From Candidatus Latescibacterota bacterium (lineage in GTDB: Bacteria; Latescibacterota; UBA2968; GCA-2709665): a DNA stretch of 64,000 bases. Numbering within the stretch: the first letter of the stretch is position 1; the number at the start of each line of letters is the position of its first letter. Location: assembly GCA_965226795.1 (NCBI GenBank), contig CBDDDZ010000005.1, positions 1,632,001 to 1,696,000 of the forward strand. The letters run 5' to 3'. Made by a program: the position numbers and the translations under genes. Shown here in pieces: positions 58,697 through 64,000 of the stretch. The notes under the pieces were generated by a model. The model had not been told where the DNA came from and made no database searches. It saw only the letters and a program-made list of their open reading frames with translations.

Positions 58697-61399
58697 ATGT
58701 CGGAAATTCTCGAATTCGAGGACGTTGCCAGACTGCCACAACCAGATGACAACGTCGCCATCGCCACACGGGATCTGGACGCGGGCGCCAGTATCCGCAC
58801 CAGAGGTTCGGTACTTCGCCTGGATGCCGCCATGCTCGAGGGCCATCGCTTCGCCGTGGTCCACATCCCCGAGGGTGAGTTCCTTCTTTCCTGGAACCTC
58901 CCTTTCGGCGTCGCACGGAGGGACATTGCGCCGGGCGCCTATGTCTGTAACGCCGGCATGCTGGAAGCGCTCCGCCTCCGTAACCTGGAATTCCAACTGC
59001 CGGCCGAACCTAATTTTGAAGACCGTATCGAACCGTACCGTCTGAAGGAGGATTCATTCGATCCTGGCGAGCAGGTTGCTCCGGCTGCCGTTATCCGCAC
59101 GTTTGAGGGGTACGTCCGAGGCGCCTCGCGGGGAGTAGGCACCCGAAACTATGTTCTGATTATGGGCACGACCTCACGCACGGGAAGTTTCGTAAAACGG
59201 CTGGAGGAACGATTAGGCGGGCTTGCCGATGCCTATCCCAATGTCGACGGGATTGTAGCCGTTACGCACACCGAAGGAGGCGGGCGGACGACCCCGAACA
59301 ACCTGGACCTTCTGTTGAGAACGCTTGCCGGCTTTATGGTGCATCCAAACGTGGGCGCCGCCCTTGCCGTCGACTATGGTACGGAGCCGCTCACCAATGC
59401 CATGCTCAGCGCCTACATGGCGAAAAACCAGGTTGCCCTGTCGGACGTCCCGCACCGCCTTTTCACCCTCCAGGGGGGCTTTGAAGAGAATCTCGATCGG
59501 GCCCAGGACATCGTCACCGGATGGATGCGGAATGTGAACCGGACAGCCAGAAGGCCGACTTCCATCTCAAGCCTGAAGATTGCGCTTCAATGCGGCGGAT
59601 CGGATGCCTTCTCGGGCGTATCTGGAAACCCGCTGGCTTCGTGGGTCGCCCGTGAGATCATCCGGCACGGAGGCGCGGCAAACCTGGCGGAAACGGACGA
59701 ACTGATCGGAGCGGAACCCTACGTACTGCGGAACGTCAAGGACCTGAACACTGCCCGTCGTTTTCTGGACCGCGTGGAAGCCTACAAGAACCTCGCTGCG
59801 TGCCATGGCACGACTGCAGAAGGCAACCCCTCCGGGGGCAACAAGTTCCGAGGCATCTACAACATCGTACTCAAATCCATCGGCGCCGCCATGAAGCGCC
59901 ATCCGGAGATTCGCCTTGACGGCGTTCTGGACTACTCCGAACCCATGCGCGACCCCGGATTTCACTTCATGGATAGTCCGGGAAACGACCTTGAAAGCAT
60001 TGCCGGACAGGTTGCTTCCGGGTGCAACCTTATCTTTTTTGTGACCGGAAACGGATCCATCACGAATTTTCCGTTCGTCCCCACGCTGAAGATCATTACA
60101 ACCACCAACCGCTATGAACTCCTCGCCAACGAAATGGACGTCAACGCGGGCGCCTACCTTGACGGCACGCCAATTGACACGTTGGGGATGCAAATGACGG
60201 ATCTCACACTCGAAGTGGCCTCGGGAAAACGGAGCAAAGGCGAACGTGCGGGCCACAACCAGGTATCCATATGGCGAAACTGGCGTCAGACCGACACTGC
60301 CAACCTTGAACATCTCCGGTCGCTCCCGCAGCCACCGGGAAAACCGATATCCATCGGGCTGGAACACGTTGCATTGGCAGGCACATTCCGTGGCATCGTC
60401 ACCGAAGCCGGGATCGCGACGGATCAGGTGGGATTGATCCTGCCGACCAGCCTTTGCGCCGGACAGGTCGCGAAAATGGCCGCAGACCGGCTTGAGCAAA
60501 AGAAGATTGGAAAGAACCGTGGCATCTCCCGGTACGTCGCACTGGTTCATACGGAGGGCTGCGGCGTCGCGGGCGATGCGACCGAAAGGATGTATTCACG
60601 AACCATGCTCGGCTATCTCACCCATCCCATGGTAAAACACGCGCTGCTGCTCGAACACGGCTGCGAAAAGACCCACAACGACTATCTCAGACACGAACTT
60701 GAACGCGATGGCATCGACCCCGCTCGCTTTGGCTGGTCGAGTATCCAACTCGACGGCGGACTGGAACGCGCGCTGAGCAACGTGGAATCCTGGTTCGCCG
60801 GACAAGTTGAAAAAGATCGCCCGTCCGTTTATGTACAATCCAACATTACGGCACTCTCTATCGGCATCCTGACAGAAGGCGAGGTTAACGAAACAGCCTC
60901 GGAATCGTTGGCAATCCTCGTACGACGGCTGGTGCGGGCAGGCGCAAAGGTTGTGACGCCAGACAACTCGGCGCTACTCGACTCGGTTCCGTTTTCGGAG
61001 ACGGTTCTGCAGAACGCATCCCCAGGCCCGTCGCTGGGGTACGGACAGATCGCCGAGCGTCCGGGGTTCTACATCATGGAAACGCAGACGGACCACTGGG
61101 TTGAAACCCTTACCGGCCTAGGCGGAACGGGTGCGGAAATCCTGATCGCCCACGTGGCCGAACACCCCATGCAGGGACATCCGATGTTGCCTTTGCTTCA
61201 GGCCAGCGTCGAGCCGGCGATGCACGCGGTTTACGCGAGTGACCTGGACCTTCTGTTAACCCACACACCGGGGAAGAACGCCGATCGGATCGTCGACCTT
61301 CTGTTTGACACAGCCTCGCGAAACTATACCGCCGTTGCAATGAGGCAGAAAAATACGGATTTTCAATTTACCCGAGGACTGCTCGGCGTCTCGATGTGA
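58697..61399 (+). CDS. UxaA/GarD-family dehydratase with SAF domain and internal duplication (900 aa)
   Basis: DNVAIA...GHRFA, VGTRNY, HPNVGA, LQCGGSDAFSG, GNPSGGN, KSIGA, FVTGNG; then a second partial repeat. Confidence 0.9.
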   Translation: MSEILEFEDVARLPQPDDNVAIATRDLDAGASIRTRGSVLRLDAAMLEGHRFAVVHIPEGEFLLSWNLPFGVARRDIAPGAYVCNAGMLEALRLRNLEFQLPAEPNFEDRIEPYRLKEDSFDPGEQVAPAAVIRTFEGYVRGASRGVGTRNYVLIMGTTSRTGSFVKRLEERLGGLADAYPNVDGIVAVTHTEGGGRTTPNNLDLLLRTLAGFMVHPNVGAALAVDYGTEPLTNAMLSAYMAKNQVALSDVPHRLFTLQGGFEENLDRAQDIVTGWMRNVNRTARRPTSISSLKIALQCGGSDAFSGVSGNPLASWVAREIIRHGGAANLAETDELIGAEPYVLRNVKDLNTARRFLDRVEAYKNLAACHGTTAEGNPSGGNKFRGIYNIVLKSIGAAMKRHPEIRLDGVLDYSEPMRDPGFHFMDSPGNDLESIAGQVASGCNLIFFVTGNGSITNFPFVPTLKIITTTNRYELLANEMDVNAGAYLDGTPIDTLGMQMTDLTLEVASGKRSKGERAGHNQVSIWRNWRQTDTANLEHLRSLPQPPGKPISIGLEHVALAGTFRGIVTEAGIATDQVGLILPTSLCAGQVAKMAADRLEQKKIGKNRGISRYVALVHTEGCGVAGDATERMYSRTMLGYLTHPMVKHALLLEHGCEKTHNDYLRHELERDGIDPARFGWSSIQLDGGLERALSNVESWFAGQVEKDRPSVYVQSNITALSIGILTEGEVNETASESLAILVRRLVRAGAKVVTPDNSALLDSVPFSETVLQNASPGPSLGYGQIAERPGFYIMETQTDHWVETLTGLGGTGAEILIAHVAEHPMQGHPMLPLLQASVEPAMHAVYASDLDLLLTHTPGKNADRIVDLLFDTASRNYTAVAMRQKNTDFQFTRGLLGVSM

Positions 61400-61478
61400 C
61401 CACAGAAAAGAGAAACGGGCGGTGTGTTCTGCAAGGGTCGCCCGTTTCTCGCGTCTTCATCTTTGTCTTTACGTCGGC

Positions 61479-61769
61479 CTATTCTCTTTTGTCAATCCAG
61501 TCCTGGAGCGCCGCCGCGATCTTTCTACCCTGATCCAGACTCGAAATATTGAATTTGCTGCGCGGTACGTACACGCCGTCTCTCTTCTGATACCGGCGAA
61601 TCGTAACTTTCGCTGGCCCGTATTCACCGGATTGCCGAATCAGATCCTGATACAGGAACATCACCGTCGCCCACGCCCCTCGCGAAAGCACTTGTTTATT
61701 AAGCTCTCTGCACAACAGAACACCGCCTTCTTCATAGTTGACGCTCAATTCGTCCACCGATTCCGACAT
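61479..61769 (-). CDS. Small conserved protein, possibly PC4-like fold
   Basis: AGGAGG SD; VTIRRYQKRDGVYVPRSKFNISS followed by a helix. Confidence 0.75.
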   Translation of the reverse strand: MSESVDELSVNYEEGGVLLCRELNKQVLSRGAWATVMFLYQDLIRQSGEYGPAKVTIRRYQKRDGVYVPRSKFNISSLDQGRKIAAALQDWIDKRE

Positions 61770-61906
61770 CGACTAGCCTCCTTTCGGGCTGTAACCGTTC
61801 AGCGATCGGCGTCGGGCCTCTTCCACCCCATCCCCGCCGGTTGCGGGGTTGTGCGGTCTGTCCGTGAATCGCTGACAGCCTTTTTCCAGGTATAGGACAC
61901 AGGCTC

Positions 61907-62770
61907 ATGAGACTCGGCATTGTCGGCATGCTGCCCGGCGACCTCCGGAACTTTACTCAGAATCACTTAGAGACGATTCGGGAACAGGGCTTCAACGGTG
62001 CCGGATTTCACCTGCCGGGTGAACTGGTAGACACAATCTCCGCCGAAGACTCTGCAAGGTGCAGACAGTTGTTCGCAGACTACGATGTCGATCTCACACA
62101 ATTCGCCATCACGTATAGCGACTGCCTCTTCGACCCGGACCCGGGTATCCGTTCCAAAGCCGTTCGCAAGGTGGTCGCGGGCGCCACGCTCGCCGCGCGC
62201 ATCGGCGCCCGGTGCTACCTGATAAGGCCGGGGAGCCGCAACCCCGCCGGACCATGGACACCGCATCGTGACAACCACACGCCGGAAGCGCTAGCATTAC
62301 TCATCCGCTCGTTGAAAGAGATTGCCAGCCGCACCGGGACGCTGGACGTTGTTACGGTCGTCGAAACCCACGTTATTTCAATACTCAATACCCCTGCGGT
62401 CTGCCGGCGGCTTGTAGAATCCGTGGGCAGCCCGAACGTAAGGCTGGTAATGGACTACGTCAACCACTTCGAATCCATCGACCAAGTCTATTCGGACACC
62501 GAACGCCTGAAACACATTTTCGAGACCATCGGTCCGCTGGCGCCCGTCTGTCACGTTAAAGACATCTCCGTGGGCAACCGTCTGGTGGTTCATCTTGACG
62601 AAGCCGTTCCCGGCCATGGCGAACTGAATCTGGATCTCGCCCTGGGGCTGTTTCATGCACATTATCCGGACGGCTATGCGCTTATCGAACACCTCAGCCC
62701 GGATCGGATTCCGCTCGCCGCCGCAAACGTCCGGAATATCTCGAAGCGTGCAGGCATTCCAATTTACTGA
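61907..62770 (+). CDS. Sugar phosphate isomerase/epimerase (TIM barrel)
   Basis: VVETH, VMDYVN, HVKD, PGHGEL, LIEHL. Confidence 0.88.
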   Translation: MRLGIVGMLPGDLRNFTQNHLETIREQGFNGAGFHLPGELVDTISAEDSARCRQLFADYDVDLTQFAITYSDCLFDPDPGIRSKAVRKVVAGATLAARIGARCYLIRPGSRNPAGPWTPHRDNHTPEALALLIRSLKEIASRTGTLDVVTVVETHVISILNTPAVCRRLVESVGSPNVRLVMDYVNHFESIDQVYSDTERLKHIFETIGPLAPVCHVKDISVGNRLVVHLDEAVPGHGELNLDLALGLFHAHYPDGYALIEHLSPDRIPLAAANVRNISKRAGIPIY

Positions 62771-62854
62771 ATCACGACGTGGCCATGGGCGCGCGACGTC
62801 TTGGTTGGTTCCGTGCCCGAGCATCCTCACGACCGCGCCGGCGAACCACCGGCT

Positions 62855-63067
62855 TCAACCCTTCCGCCTGAACTTCAGCCGCCGGATGCAGGCGCCGACC
62901 GCAAGCCCAAGACTGGCGCCGATCGATACTCCCGCGCTCAACCACAGACCGAAATCCCCGCTGCCCACGCCCAAGACGGAACCCGCGCCAGCGCCCAAGC
63001 CCGATCCAATGGCCATCCATTTACCGATCTCACGATGTCCGTTTTCGCCATCCTGTTCCCGCGACAT
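62855..63067 (-). CDS. Small glycine-zipper membrane protein
   Basis: MAIGSGLGAGAG...AGVSIGASLGLAVG; AAAGGA SD. Confidence 0.6.
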   Translation of the reverse strand: MSREQDGENGHREIGKWMAIGSGLGAGAGSVLGVGSGDFGLWLSAGVSIGASLGLAVGACIRRLKFRRKG

Positions 63068-63355
63068 GGCGAATCCTTTCGTATGCCTGCGTCACCTTTC
63101 GACGCGCCCAATATACAGGCCGGGGTCGATCGGAACAAGCTGAAACCTCCACCGGAAACGAATCGATAATTCCCTTGACAATGCCGTCTTGCAGGTTGTA
63201 GATATGGATCGGGAGTCTTCATATTGAACACGGCGGATTGTCGTCGCCAGGCAATCCACCAGGGTCTTCCCCGCCCGAAACGCACACTGCGCCGTTGGTC
63301 CGTCCGACGTCGCCAGATCGACCAGGCGGCGGACGCTTGCCTGAAAGGATACCCA

Positions 63356-64000
63356 ATGCAACCAGAGTTGATCGCGGACTACCGCTGTAAGACCGGCGAA
63401 GGACCGCTCTGGCATCCCTCGGAAAAAAAGGTCTACTGGACAGATATTCCCGCGGGTCGCGTGTTTCGCTACGACCCGGCCACGGGGATGCACGAAATCT
63501 GTTACACCGGGGAGGTGGTGGGGGGTTTTACCGTTCAGGAAGATGGGTCTCTGCTCTTCTTCATGGAACGAGGCGCGGTTAAAATCTGGCGCCAGGGCGA
63601 ACTCACCACGTTGATCGACGAAATCCCCGATGAGCGCGAGACCCGGTTCAACGACGTGATTGCGGATCCCGAGGGCCGGGTTTTTTGCGGAACCATGTCC
63701 ACGCTGGAGCGGCCGGGCAGGCTTTACCGGCTGGACACGGACGGAACGCTTCACATGATCCTCGATGAGGTGGGGATTTCCAACGGTATGGGTTTCACGG
63801 CGGACCAGAGGATCATGTATTTCACGGACACCCCCACGCGGAATATCTACCGTTTCGACTACGATCGACAGACCGGCGACCTAATGAACCGGGAGGTATT
63901 CGCACGGGCGGCGAAAGACGATGGCATGCCGGACGGCATGACCGTGGACGCCCTTGGCTACATCTGGTCCGCCAGATGGGACGGCCATTGCCTCGTTCGC
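63356..64000 (+). CDS. SMP-30/gluconolactonase family protein; 3' end runs off the window
   Basis: Not in the ORF track. MQPELIADYRCKTGEGPLWH...YWTDI...RFND...GTM...ISNGMGF...PDGMTVDA. Confidence 0.93.
   Translation, partial: MQPELIADYRCKTGEGPLWHPSEKKVYWTDIPAGRVFRYDPATGMHEICYTGEVVGGFTVQEDGSLLFFMERGAVKIWRQGELTTLIDEIPDERETRFNDVIADPEGRVFCGTMSTLERPGRLYRLDTDGTLHMILDEVGISNGMGFTADQRIMYFTDTPTRNIYRFDYDRQTGDLMNREVFARAAKDDGMPDGMTVDALGYIWSARWDGHCLVR

Noticed and set aside
63175..63186. TTGACAATGCCG shared with 51863-51874
   Set aside because: Half of the match is the -35 consensus; the rest is within chance.

Overview
GC-rich bacterial chromosomal window with about 58 protein genes (mostly on the minus strand), 3 tRNAs (Pro-CGG, Pro-GGG, Arg-CCG) and one toxin pseudogene. 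I found no CRISPR array, rRNA, integrase or transposase. The gene set (short FCB-type sigma-70, bS22, HPr kinase, a dockerin/EF-hand-tailed protease, many sugar-acid enzymes) suggests an FCB-group organism such as Ca. Latescibacterota; this is inference. Left to right: RsmC-like methyltransferase (truncated), decayed vapC, ABC-2 exporter with a possible leader peptide, rhodanese, beta-propeller, lexA, DUF368 between two tRNA-Pro genes, an mlaEFD (MCE) operon extended by two paralogous FG-GAP proteins (one with four CxxCH heme motifs) and an AI-2E transporter, sigma factor, HU-bS22-tRNA-Arg, a heterodimeric ABC exporter, a sugar/sulfate catabolic cluster, PPK2, aspartokinase, hprK, two antiporter-like proteins, a lipoprotein/beta-barrel pair, map, a secreted metalloprotease, two different Feo loci with three DtxR-family regulators, and an internally duplicated UxaA. 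Best candidates for undescribed systems: (1) the MCE operon with a tetraheme beta-propeller; (2) a membrane-anchored DtxR-FeoA-FeoA protein with a split FeoB; (3) a Cys-tailed DtxR heading feoAB; (4) a UxaA whose conserved motifs are divided between two repeats. All calls come from reading motifs by eye, with no database searches.
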